From an uncultured Rhodospirillaceae bacterium (lineage in GTDB: Bacteria; Pseudomonadota; Alphaproteobacteria; Rhodospirillales; UBA2165), in contig CAZSXT010000014.1 in NCBI GenBank assembly GCA_964611435.1, positions 27,694-91,693 of the forward strand: a DNA stretch of 64,000 nucleotides. Direction: 5' to 3'. A program made the position numbers and the translations under genes. Positions 46,745 through 55,442 of the stretch are shown one piece after another (within the stretch, counting starts at the first letter, position 1; each line of letters starts with the position of its first letter). The notes under the pieces were generated by a model. The model saw nothing but the letters and a program-made list of their open reading frames with translations. It was not told where the DNA came from and ran no database searches.

Positions 46745-48580
46745 CTAGTCCAGCTCGAACGCGTCTTTGTAGTCCAATTTAAGTGTGGGATCCTGGTCTT
46801 CTTTCTGAAGCACGCAATTGCCGATCACCAGCAAATCAAGCTCCGTGCCCATGAGGCAACGAAAAGCATCTTCCGGTGTGCAGACGATGGGTTCGCCGCG
46901 GACATTAAAACTTGTATTGGCGACAACCGGGCAGCCGGTTAGGTCTTTAAATCTCGTCAGCAGCGCGTGGTACTTTGGATTTCGTTCCGCGTCCACGGTC
47001 TGTATGCGGGCAGAGTAATCGACGTGAGTCACGGCCGGAATGTCAGAGCGGGAAATATTGAGCTTATCGATCCCGAACAGTGATTTCTCGGCTTCGGTCA
47101 TTTCCTTTTGGTGGGACTTAGCCACATCGGCCACCATCAGCATGTAGGGACTGTCTGTATCCATATCAAACCAATCGGCCACATCTTCCCGGCGCACTGA
47201 CGGCGCGAACGGCCGGAAGGATTCCCGGAATTTGATTTTCAGGTTGAGGGTCTTTTGCATTTCCGGCGAGCGCGCATCTCCCAGGATCGACCGGTTGCCG
47301 AGCGCGCGGGGTCCGAATTCCATCCGGCCCTGGAACCAGCCGATGGCCTTGCCGTCGGCAAGTGCTTGAGCGGTCAGATCGATGACCTCGGTTTCCGAGT
47401 GGCGGGTTAGCTTGCCGCCCGCCGCAGTGATCCGGCTCTCTATTTCATCATCGCTATAGTCCGGCCCCAGGTAGGAGCCGAACATAGCGTCCGCCGCCCC
47501 GTTCAGATGACGGGGCTGGTCTTGATACAAGTGATAGGCGCAGAGCGCCGCGCCGAGGGCGCCGCCGGCGTCACCGGCTGCGGGCTGAACCCAGATATTT
47601 TCAAACGCGCCATCGCGCAGCACCTTACCGTTGGCCACGCAGTTCAGCGCAACGCCGCCGGCCAGGCACAGGTTCTTGGCGCCGGTTTCCTTTGCCAGGG
47701 ATCGGGTCAGCTTCAGAACGATCTCTTCCGTGACGGCCTGGATGGAGGCGGCCAAGTCCATATCCCGATCGGTCAGCAGGCTCTCCGGATTGCGGGCTGG
47801 CGCGCCGAACAACTTGGCGAACTTGTCGTTGGTCATCCGCAGCCCGGTGCAGTAATCGAAATAGGACTGATCCAAGCGGAAGGTGCCGTCCTCCTTCACG
47901 TCGATCACATTGTCCAGGATCAGGTCCTTGTACTTGGGCTCCCCATACGGCGCGAGGCCCATAACCTTGTACTCACCCGAATTCACCCGAAATCCGGTGT
48001 AATAGGTAAAAGCTGAATACAGTAGCCCTAAGGAATGGGGGAAGTGTAGTTCCCTGAACATTTCCAATTTCTTGCCTGACCCGTGGGCGACGGATGTGGT
48101 CGCCCACTCGCCGACGCCGTCCATGGTCAGCACCAGCGCGTCTTCAAAGGGCGAGGGGAAGAAGGCGCTGGCAGCGTGGCTTTGATGGTGCTCGGCAAAC
48201 AGCAGCTTGTTCTTCCAGTCGAAGTCGGGATCGTAGTGTTGGAACTTTTTGCGCAGTAGGTCCTTTTGGAAAAGTTTCTCCCTAAGCCACACAGGCATGG
48301 CGGCGCGGAACGACGTAAATCCTCTGGGTGCGAATGACAAATACGTTTCCAGAAGGCGCTCGAACTTCAAAAAAGGTTTGTCATAAAAAGCGACAAAATC
48401 GACGTCGCTTAAGGAGATGCCGGCTTCTTGCAAGCAATATTCCACCGCACCCGCAGGGAAGTCGGAATCGTGTTTCTTTCGGGTGAACCGTTCTTCCTGA
48501 GCGGCGGCGGCAACCCGGCCATCTTCGATCAGCGCGGCGGCGCTGTCGTGGTAGAACGCAGAAATTCCGAGAATACGCAT
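46745..48580 (-). CDS. Carbamoyltransferase (NodU/CmcH/SxtI-like), paralog 2
   Basis: 611 aa with MRILGISAFYHDSAAALI and the C-terminal VANTSFNVRGEPIV block. Confidence 0.9.
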   Translation of the reverse strand: MRILGISAFYHDSAAALIEDGRVAAAAQEERFTRKKHDSDFPAGAVEYCLQEAGISLSDVDFVAFYDKPFLKFERLLETYLSFAPRGFTSFRAAMPVWLREKLFQKDLLRKKFQHYDPDFDWKNKLLFAEHHQSHAASAFFPSPFEDALVLTMDGVGEWATTSVAHGSGKKLEMFRELHFPHSLGLLYSAFTYYTGFRVNSGEYKVMGLAPYGEPKYKDLILDNVIDVKEDGTFRLDQSYFDYCTGLRMTNDKFAKLFGAPARNPESLLTDRDMDLAASIQAVTEEIVLKLTRSLAKETGAKNLCLAGGVALNCVANGKVLRDGAFENIWVQPAAGDAGGALGAALCAYHLYQDQPRHLNGAADAMFGSYLGPDYSDDEIESRITAAGGKLTRHSETEVIDLTAQALADGKAIGWFQGRMEFGPRALGNRSILGDARSPEMQKTLNLKIKFRESFRPFAPSVRREDVADWFDMDTDSPYMLMVADVAKSHQKEMTEAEKSLFGIDKLNISRSDIPAVTHVDYSARIQTVDAERNPKYHALLTRFKDLTGCPVVANTSFNVRGEPIVCTPEDAFRCLMGTELDLLVIGNCVLQKEDQDPTLKLDYKDAFELD

Positions 48581-48592
48581 CGAGACGGACCT

Positions 48593-48742
48593 TTAGAATA
48601 TCGTGTAAATAAATGGCGCGATGGCCGAGCCTTGGGCCAGCACCAACAGCCCGCCGAAGACCACCATCATAATCATGACCGGCATCAGCCAGTACTTCTT
48701 CCGGGTGCGCAGGAAAGCCCATAGTTCGAGAATTGTGCTCAT
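48593..48742 (-). CDS. Small membrane protein, DUF5989/SxtK-like (49 aa, not in ORF track)
   Basis: My hand translation gives MSTILELWAFLRTRKKYWLMPVMIMMVVFGGLLVLAQGSAIAPFIYTIF*. This is a single-TM protein lying between the SxtJ-like and carbamoyltransferase genes, which is the conserved position of this family. Confidence 0.75.
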   Translation of the reverse strand: MSTILELWAFLRTRKKYWLMPVMIMMVVFGGLLVLAQGSAIAPFIYTIF

Positions 48743-48751
48743 GCGCGTTTC

Positions 48752-49186
48752 CTAAAACTGGTCTTTCATTGTTTCAGGCAAGGGGCCTGGCGGGTCCCTT
48801 TCGATCCAGTAGGACGAGGCCTTGTCGTCAAATTGTAAGGGCAGGGGGACCTTCCCAAGCATCTTCATGATTATCCCAATCGGTGTAATCGTAACGAAGA
48901 AGATAAGGCCCAAGATTATCGGGCTGACGATGCGATGGAGAAGGAGGCCGAATTTGAACCAAATCATGTTCAGCGGCCGAAGCCAGACGGGGACGATCAA
49001 AGCAACCGCCAGGAAGGCAACGGCAACGGCGCCGGCCCAAAGCCGGATGCTTTCTCCGTTCAGAAGCGGCCAGGCGGCAATGACCACGAAAACAACGGCG
49101 AAGACGATCCCGAACGATCGGTCGGAACCCAGTTTGACATCCCGATCTTGGCGGCCAAGTTCCGCATGGACTTGTGAATCGGTCAC
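48752..49186 (-). CDS. SxtJ-family membrane protein
   Basis: 144 aa with 3 TM helices. GTG start 7 nt after GGAGAT. The sequence (RSFGIVFAVVF...WFKFGLLLHRIVSPIILGLIFF) matches my memory of SxtJ-like proteins found beside carbamoyltransferases. Confidence 0.75.
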   Translation of the reverse strand: MTDSQVHAELGRQDRDVKLGSDRSFGIVFAVVFVVIAAWPLLNGESIRLWAGAVAVAFLAVALIVPVWLRPLNMIWFKFGLLLHRIVSPIILGLIFFVTITPIGIIMKMLGKVPLPLQFDDKASSYWIERDPPGPLPETMKDQF

Positions 49187-49223
49187 TCGCAGATCTCCAT
49201 AACCATCTCTTTACCCGTCCCAT

Positions 49224-50513
49224 TCATTCGTTTTCATCCTGTAGGAGGTCTTCTTCTTCCTCTTCGATGATCTCCGGCATGCCGACCCAGCGCATAAACA
49301 GCGGCACCGCTCGTTGGCGCTCGGCGTCACTCGTTCCTTGGCCTGCAAGAAAAGAGCGGACGATCTTGGGCGAGAACATGTCGTTGAATGTCATATAGGA
49401 CCAGAGGACAACCAGCTCGCCGCAATGGGCCGGCAGTCGGTCCACCGCTTTGTAAAGCCAGTCCTGGGTCGCGCCCTCCCGGGTCTCCCCGGCTTTCACT
49501 TCTTGCTCCAAAAATTGCCGTAGCGCGTTTTTGGCTTCATTGACGATGATCGGTTTGTAAATCATCAACACTCGGAATATGTCAAAATCGCCGAACTTGG
49601 GAGGGTCATATCCGTCGGCCTTTGAGATTGCTTTCCAGAAGCCCTCGGATTTTTGAAGGTTCTGCTTTTCGGCTGGTGACTGGACGGTTTGTTTGCTCTC
49701 TTGTTTCTTGAACTTACCAAGAAGGCCGCCCTTTCCTTTCTCTTCCTTCTTTTTCTTCGGCTTCGGGATGCCTTTGACGTCACTGTTGGCGAGGGCCGAA
49801 CGGAATTCCTTGATGCGGTCTTCCCAAATCAGCAGAACGATATTCTCCGTGTCCGGTTTGTCGAATTCCTCGAAGAATGTGCGCTTGTGTAGTTGATCGG
49901 CAGAGACGCTGTCGGCCATGTTCCGGATACGCCGATGGTTCAGCATGTCGGGCACGATGAACTTACGCACGGCGGCGATAAACACATCCGTGAATTTCGG
50001 ATTGAGGGGATAGGGTTCCTGACTGTCATCTACGTGAAACAGCGCCAGCCGTTCCTCTAGAAAATCGCAGAAGTAATCCCTGAAGGCGGCTTCAAAACTG
50101 TCATGGGTTGCGGTAGCTTCCGCCGATGCAGCGGCAGGCGCTTCACCGGAGGCCGCCCCTTGAAACACCTGCTGCAGCTCCAATGCCCGATTTTTGATAT
50201 GGGACTTAAACTCTTCATCGCCAAGCTGACTGCATTGCTCCAGGAATTGGAGGGTGACCGTCGTTGACTTGGCGATTTCGGGATCCAGGGTGCTTCCGGA
50301 TTCATGTTTGCCGAGCGCGCCAATAATCGTATCAACCGACGTGTCGATCGTTGAAATAAGTGTATCCTTATTCGCATCCGGACCGACAGACGCGATCGCC
50401 GCAAGGATGTTGCTTAAATTCTGTTCGTTGCTCTCGTCCAAAGAGGGGGTCCCGATCACTTTGCAGTACGCGGTCTCAACGTAAGGTAGGGCGAGCGAAG
50501 TTAACCCCGGCAA
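49224..50513 (-). CDS. Hypothetical protein (429 aa) with Lys-rich linker and acidic C-terminal tail
   Basis: Long ORF 37 nt upstream of the SxtJ-like gene on the same strand. It is AT-richer than the flanks. The only candidate start is TTG at 50513, and there is no internal Met until about residue 190, so the start is uncertain. I recognise no family. Confidence 0.65.
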   Translation of the reverse strand: MPGLTSLALPYVETAYCKVIGTPSLDESNEQNLSNILAAIASVGPDANKDTLISTIDTSVDTIIGALGKHESGSTLDPEIAKSTTVTLQFLEQCSQLGDEEFKSHIKNRALELQQVFQGAASGEAPAAASAEATATHDSFEAAFRDYFCDFLEERLALFHVDDSQEPYPLNPKFTDVFIAAVRKFIVPDMLNHRRIRNMADSVSADQLHKRTFFEEFDKPDTENIVLLIWEDRIKEFRSALANSDVKGIPKPKKKKEEKGKGGLLGKFKKQESKQTVQSPAEKQNLQKSEGFWKAISKADGYDPPKFGDFDIFRVLMIYKPIIVNEAKNALRQFLEQEVKAGETREGATQDWLYKAVDRLPAHCGELVVLWSYMTFNDMFSPKIVRSFLAGQGTSDAERQRAVPLFMRWVGMPEIIEEEEEDLLQDENE

Positions 50514-50768
50514 GCCTCTAATATCATAGGTATACCGGCCAAACTCGGCAGGTCAAATCCCGGATTCTCTTGACCTGGAAACTGACGCAGGGCGACATCA
50601 TTTGGACAGATCCATCGAGTCATCTGATGGCCTAATCCGTTCCAATTCCATGATAGATTCGTAATTGGGATATTTCTGAAATCGATGGCCCAGAAAAGAA
50701 TTATCAATTTCAGCAATAGTGGCTCTTTTGCTAGAGTCATATCCATGTACTAATTATACGTTGCCGTC

Positions 50769-51542
50769 ATGGAACAGTGGCCAAGTCTATTTATATCCCA
50801 CGGCTCGCCGATGATCCTGCTGGATGACTGTCCGGCGCGGCACTTCATGGCGCAGTATGGCCAGGAGATGAAGCGTCCGGACGCCATTCTGATGATCTCC
50901 GCTCATTGGGAGACAGAGGGCGTCACCGTCGGCAGTGCAGCCGAGCCGCCCACCATCCATGATTTTTACGGCTTTCCCGAGCCGCTCTACCGCTATCACT
51001 ATCCAGCCACCGGACATCAAACTACCGCCAAGCAAACCTTTGAATGCCTTCGAATGGCCGGATTCGACGTGGTAGAAGACGATGAACGCGGACTAGACCA
51101 CGGCGCTTGGGTGCCCCTGGCCTACATGTTCCCGGAGGGGGAGGTGCCGGTGGCGCAACTCTCGATCCAGTCCCATCTAGGCGCACGGCATCATTACGAG
51201 ATGGGCAGGGCCCTGGCGCCGCTCAGAGATGAGAATATTCTCATAGTGGGGTCAGGCAATGCGACCCATGGGCGGCGCGCCGGCGGGGTGAATGAGCCGG
51301 TGTTCGACTGGGTGGCCGCGTTTTCCGAGTGGATCCATGACTGCGTGATGGAAAACCGGGCGGAAGACGTTATCGATTATCTGGCGGAAGGGCCGTACGC
51401 CTTTGAAAATCACCCGACACCGGATCACTATGTGCCTTTATTAATTGCCATGGGTGCGGCGGGCGAAAATGCTAAAGCTAAACGGCTTCACACCAGCTAT
51501 ACTTATCGGACGATTTCGATGGATTCATATGAATTCCATTAG
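50769..51542 (+). CDS. Class III extradiol dioxygenase (LigB/YgiD, 4,5-DOPA-dioxygenase-like)
   Basis: PSLFISHGSPM, ISAHWE and DHGAWVPL motifs. Confidence 0.85.
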   Translation: MEQWPSLFISHGSPMILLDDCPARHFMAQYGQEMKRPDAILMISAHWETEGVTVGSAAEPPTIHDFYGFPEPLYRYHYPATGHQTTAKQTFECLRMAGFDVVEDDERGLDHGAWVPLAYMFPEGEVPVAQLSIQSHLGARHHYEMGRALAPLRDENILIVGSGNATHGRRAGGVNEPVFDWVAAFSEWIHDCVMENRAEDVIDYLAEGPYAFENHPTPDHYVPLLIAMGAAGENAKAKRLHTSYTYRTISMDSYEFH

Positions 51543-51599
51543 GTTATGAGAGAGATAAGCCGGATTCAAATCCGGCATTTGTGTAACAGGGACTAAATT

Positions 51600-53558
51600 T
51601 TGAACGATACCATCTCAGCGCCGGAGCAGCCGGACGCCGCTACCCCTAGCGAAATGCAACCATGGGCCGACTCACTGTGGAAGTGGATCGCCGCTTTCAT
51701 GACGTTTGCGGCGCTGTTGTGGAATATCGACTTCTTTGAATGGTTCGGTTTTGCTTTCGTTCAAGAGCAATACTACGCGTTCATTATGGCGCTGGCGCTG
51801 CCGGTCGTGTTTCTCTCTGTGCGAATTGATCGTAGCGCCGATAAAGAAGTGCCCTGGTTTGATTTCGTGCTGGCGGCGGTTTCGCTGGTTCTGCTGCTGT
51901 ACGTGTCCATCAATTTCCTCTGGTTGCGGGAATTCGGTCTGGGTGGCAGCACGCCCTTTGCCATTACTTTGGGCGCGATCATCATGTTCCTGGTCATTGA
52001 TGGTCTTCGCCGCTCTGCCGGCTATATCATGCTGGGTGTGGCGTTGGTGTTCATTATCTACGCGCCATTGGGCCACCTGATTCCAGGACCGCTGGTCGGG
52101 TCGAAAACAGAGCTGTGGCAACTGGCTATCAACATGGGTTTCAATCCGAACGCCCTGTTCGGTATTCCATTGCAGGTCGGCACCACCATCGTGATTATGT
52201 TCATTCTGTTCGGCCAGGTGCTGTTCAAAGCTGGCGGTGGACGGTTCTTTACCGATCTGGCCATGGCGACCGTGGGCCATCGGCGTGGCGGCGCAGCCAA
52301 GATTTCCGTCGTGGCCTCGGCCTTGTTCGGCACCATTTCCGGCACCGCCGTTTCCAACGTGGTGACGACGGGCATCATGACCATCCCGCTGATGCGCAAG
52401 GCAGGCTACAGGGCAACCCACGCCGGCGCCATTGAGGCGATTGCCTCGACCGGCGGACAGTTCATGCCGCCGATCATGGGCGCTGCCGCCTTCCTGATGG
52501 CGGAAATGATCGAAGTGCCCTATGCGGAGATCGCTTTGGCGGCCATCATCCCCTCGCTCCTCTATTATCTGGCGGTCTTCGTGCAGGTTGATCTGATCGC
52601 GGCCCGGGACAATATCCGTTTTGTCGAGACCGAACTGCCGAGCCCCTGGGAAGTTCTGAAACAAGGTTGGCATTTCTTCATCCCGTTTGCCGTCCTGATT
52701 TACACTCTGTTTGAACTCAGCATGCCGCCGGAGAAAGCGGCTATCTATTCCACGACCACGCTGCTGATTGGCTTTATCAAGCCCTATGGCGAAGACCGTC
52801 TGAGGCTCAAGGATCTGTTCAACATTTTCTCAAGCACGGGTCATTTGGTGGTGGAGTTGCTGATGATCGTGGCCACGGCCGGGTTTGTGATCGGCATTCT
52901 CAATCTGACCGGCCTCGGTTTTGCGCTTACCTTCTCTCTGACCGATCTGGCCGGCGGTAATCTATTTATCCTGCTGCTGATCAGTGCGGTGATTTGTATT
53001 GTCCTCGGCATGGGGATGCCGACCCTGGCGATCTATGTATTGCTGGGCGCGTTGATCGCACCAGCGATTGTCGAGGCGGGTGTCTCGGAAATTCCAGCTC
53101 ACCTGTTCATCTTGTACTTCGGGATGATGTCCATGATCACGCCGCCGATTGCCCTGGCCGCATTTGCCGCGGCGACTCTGACCAAGGCCAATCCCATGGT
53201 GACAGGCTTTGTCGGCATGAAATTCGGCTGGACGGCGTACTTTGTGCCGTTCCTGTTTGTTTATTCGCCGACCTTGCTGTTGACCGGCGACTCCACGGAC
53301 ATCGCAATTAATTTGGTGACCGCTATTCTCGGCACCTATTTTGCGTCACTGGCGGTTGTCGGTTTCCTGACCCGGAAGCTCAATGTTGTGATGCGAATTA
53401 TTTTGGGAGCGGCCGGTTTGGCAGCGCTGCTTCCCTACGAGATATTCGACATGGCCGAGATGTTAAACATCGTTGGCGTCGCCGTCGGCATTGCTATATT
53501 TGCTTTCGAGAAATATGCAGTGCGGGGAAACACCCCAGTTGGCGCAGAAGCCCCGTAG
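51600..53558 (+). CDS. TAXI-type TRAP transporter fused permease (4TM/12TM fusion)
   Basis: 652 aa with about 16-18 TM segments, immediately upstream of the TAXI receptor gene. TTG start, so the exact start is uncertain. Confidence 0.9.
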   Translation: MNDTISAPEQPDAATPSEMQPWADSLWKWIAAFMTFAALLWNIDFFEWFGFAFVQEQYYAFIMALALPVVFLSVRIDRSADKEVPWFDFVLAAVSLVLLLYVSINFLWLREFGLGGSTPFAITLGAIIMFLVIDGLRRSAGYIMLGVALVFIIYAPLGHLIPGPLVGSKTELWQLAINMGFNPNALFGIPLQVGTTIVIMFILFGQVLFKAGGGRFFTDLAMATVGHRRGGAAKISVVASALFGTISGTAVSNVVTTGIMTIPLMRKAGYRATHAGAIEAIASTGGQFMPPIMGAAAFLMAEMIEVPYAEIALAAIIPSLLYYLAVFVQVDLIAARDNIRFVETELPSPWEVLKQGWHFFIPFAVLIYTLFELSMPPEKAAIYSTTTLLIGFIKPYGEDRLRLKDLFNIFSSTGHLVVELLMIVATAGFVIGILNLTGLGFALTFSLTDLAGGNLFILLLISAVICIVLGMGMPTLAIYVLLGALIAPAIVEAGVSEIPAHLFILYFGMMSMITPPIALAAFAAATLTKANPMVTGFVGMKFGWTAYFVPFLFVYSPTLLLTGDSTDIAINLVTAILGTYFASLAVVGFLTRKLNVVMRIILGAAGLAALLPYEIFDMAEMLNIVGVAVGIAIFAFEKYAVRGNTPVGAEAP

Positions 53559-53624
53559 GCTAAGATGGTTTAACCGCGTTTCTTTTAACCCTAACCACAA
53601 ACATTTCAACAGTTGGAGGAAAGT

Positions 53625-54614
53625 ATGAGACTTCTAGCAACGACAACGATGGCGACAGCGGCAATTGCCGCGGCGTTTGCCGTCAGCGCACCCCAGGCGG
53701 AAGCCCAGGTCGCCGTATTTGCCACGAACCCGCAGGGTAGCCTGGGTTACCGGACGGGTATCGCGGTCGCCAAGACCGTGACCGAAAAAGTCGATGGCGT
53801 CACCGGTCGTCCCCGTCCGATGGGCGGCTCGACCACCTACATTCCGATCGTCAACCGCGGCGAAGTGGGCTTCGGCTTCACGAACGCTCTCGAGGCACAC
53901 CAGGCTGTCGTCGGCGAAGGCTCCTTTAAGGGGCGGGCGCAGACCAACCTTCGCCTGATGGGCAACATGTTCCCGTTGGTTGCCGGATTGGCTGTGCCGG
54001 CGGATGCGGGCGTGAAGAACGCTGCAGATCTCAAAAAACTGAAGGGCAAACGTGCTACGTCAGAATACACTTCCCTGACCGCCATCGAATCCTGGATGCG
54101 CGGCGCCATCGCGAATGCCGGCATGGACTATGACAAGGACTTCAAGAAGGTCCCCGTCTCCGGCTTCGTGAAAGGTATCTTTGCTCTCGGCGAAGGTAAG
54201 ACCGATGTTACTTGGATCAGCCTCGGCAACGGCGCGGGCCGGAAGGTCATGACTCAACTGCGCAATCGTGGCGGCTGGGTCCATGTCAACCTGGATGACT
54301 CTCCGGAAGCGGTTGCACGGATGCGCAAATTCGCACCTCCGGGCTCGATCACCAAGATCACGAACACCAAGCTGCCGGGCATCACGGGTCCGACTAACAT
54401 GATCCAATTTGATTATGTCCTGTTCACTCACAAGGGTATGTCGGATGAGGTGGTCTACAAAATCACCAAGGCTCTGGCGACCAACAAGAAGCATCTGGCC
54501 AGCTCCATGGGCCTGTTCAACCGTCTGCCGGCGGACGGCTTCGCGAAGCCGGACTATATGCCCTGGCACCCGGGTGCGCTCAAAGCACTCAAGGAACTGG
54601 GCTTGAAGAAATAG
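53625..54614 (+). CDS. TAXI-family TRAP solute receptor
   Basis: Signal peptide ending AEAQV and TAXI-like blocks (GSLGYRTGIAVAKTV, GGSTTYIPIVNRGEVGFGF). The ATG at 53625 is 4 nt after GGAGGAAAGT. Confidence 0.9.
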   Translation: MRLLATTTMATAAIAAAFAVSAPQAEAQVAVFATNPQGSLGYRTGIAVAKTVTEKVDGVTGRPRPMGGSTTYIPIVNRGEVGFGFTNALEAHQAVVGEGSFKGRAQTNLRLMGNMFPLVAGLAVPADAGVKNAADLKKLKGKRATSEYTSLTAIESWMRGAIANAGMDYDKDFKKVPVSGFVKGIFALGEGKTDVTWISLGNGAGRKVMTQLRNRGGWVHVNLDDSPEAVARMRKFAPPGSITKITNTKLPGITGPTNMIQFDYVLFTHKGMSDEVVYKITKALATNKKHLASSMGLFNRLPADGFAKPDYMPWHPGALKALKELGLKK

Positions 54615-54642
54615 TCGCTTCATCACGATGCGATGAGAGAGC

Positions 54643-54667
54643 GGCGGGTCTTTGGGCCCGCCGTTTT
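54643..54667 (+). terminator. Rho-independent terminator after the TAXI receptor gene
   Basis: GGCGGGTC-TTTG-GGCCCGCC followed by GTTTT. Confidence 0.7.
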
Positions 54668-54687
54668 CACCTAAGGAGGAATACACG

Positions 54688-55368
54688 ATGATCGAACTAC
54701 ACGGCTGGATGACGCCGAATTCCCGGAAGCTTTATTACATGCTGGAAGAAACCGGCCTGGACTACCAAATTCATCCGGTGAATATCGGCGCGGGCCAACA
54801 ACACGAGCCGGACTTCCTGGCTTTTTCGCCCAATAACAAAACCCCAGCGATGATCGACACGGACGGGCCGGGAGGCAAGCCTCATTCGGTGTTCGAGACC
54901 GGCGCCATGCTGATTTATCTGGCGGAGAAGACTGGCCAGTTCCTGCCCGCTGATCCGGCCAAGCGCAGCAATGTGATGCAGTGGCTGATGTGGCAAATCG
55001 GTGGCATGGCCCCGATGCTCGGCCAGCAGGGCTATTTCAACAATCTTGATGACAAGGACGCCAACGCTCACGCCGTCGAACGTTTCGCCAAGGAAGCTGC
55101 GCGGCTTTACGGCGTTTTGGACAAGCGCCTGTCTTCGTCGGAATATGTAGCAGGCGGTGACTATACCATCGCCGATATCTCCGCTCATCCCTGGGCGCGG
55201 TCGCACCCTCGCCAAGGTGTCAGCCTGGACGACTATTCCAACGTGAAGCGCTGGTTCGAGCAGATCAACGAACGCCCGGCCACGGAGCGGGGCAACAAGA
55301 TTGCGGATTCTGTGAAAGAGGCGTCCGAAAACACCGATGGCCCGATCGATCCGAAATCACTGATTTAG
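54688..55368 (+). CDS. Glutathione S-transferase (Nu/YfcG-like)
   Basis: MIELHGWMTPNSRKLYYMLEETGL...SPNNKTPAMID. The ATG at 54688 follows AGGAGG. The track start at 54652 lies inside the terminator. Confidence 0.85.
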   Translation: MIELHGWMTPNSRKLYYMLEETGLDYQIHPVNIGAGQQHEPDFLAFSPNNKTPAMIDTDGPGGKPHSVFETGAMLIYLAEKTGQFLPADPAKRSNVMQWLMWQIGGMAPMLGQQGYFNNLDDKDANAHAVERFAKEAARLYGVLDKRLSSSEYVAGGDYTIADISAHPWARSHPRQGVSLDDYSNVKRWFEQINERPATERGNKIADSVKEASENTDGPIDPKSLI

Positions 55369-55442
55369 GTCACTCTCTGAGTTGATATGCGGGGTCGGTG
55401 AAGTGCCTTTGTAGGTCTTCAAAGTCTTCCAAGGTGACAGAA

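Noticed and set aside
50501-50746. 81-aa minus-strand ORF in the AT-rich intergenic region upstream of the 429-aa gene
   Set aside because: It overlaps the 5-prime end of the 429-aa ORF in another frame. It has an odd composition (Trp/Asn/Ile-rich), no RBS, and lies in a probable promoter region.
51672-52673. 333-aa minus-strand ORF opposite the TAXI-TRAP permease. Similar long antisense ORFs occur at 722-1447, 9546-10235, 15782-16672, 25239-25985, 26334-27011, 36713-37432, 54060-54686, 59732-60619 and 62162-62908.
   Set aside because: All lie opposite genes with strong family signatures. Their products are Arg/His/Gly/Pro-rich and lack TM or domain logic. This is the usual GC-rich antisense artefact.
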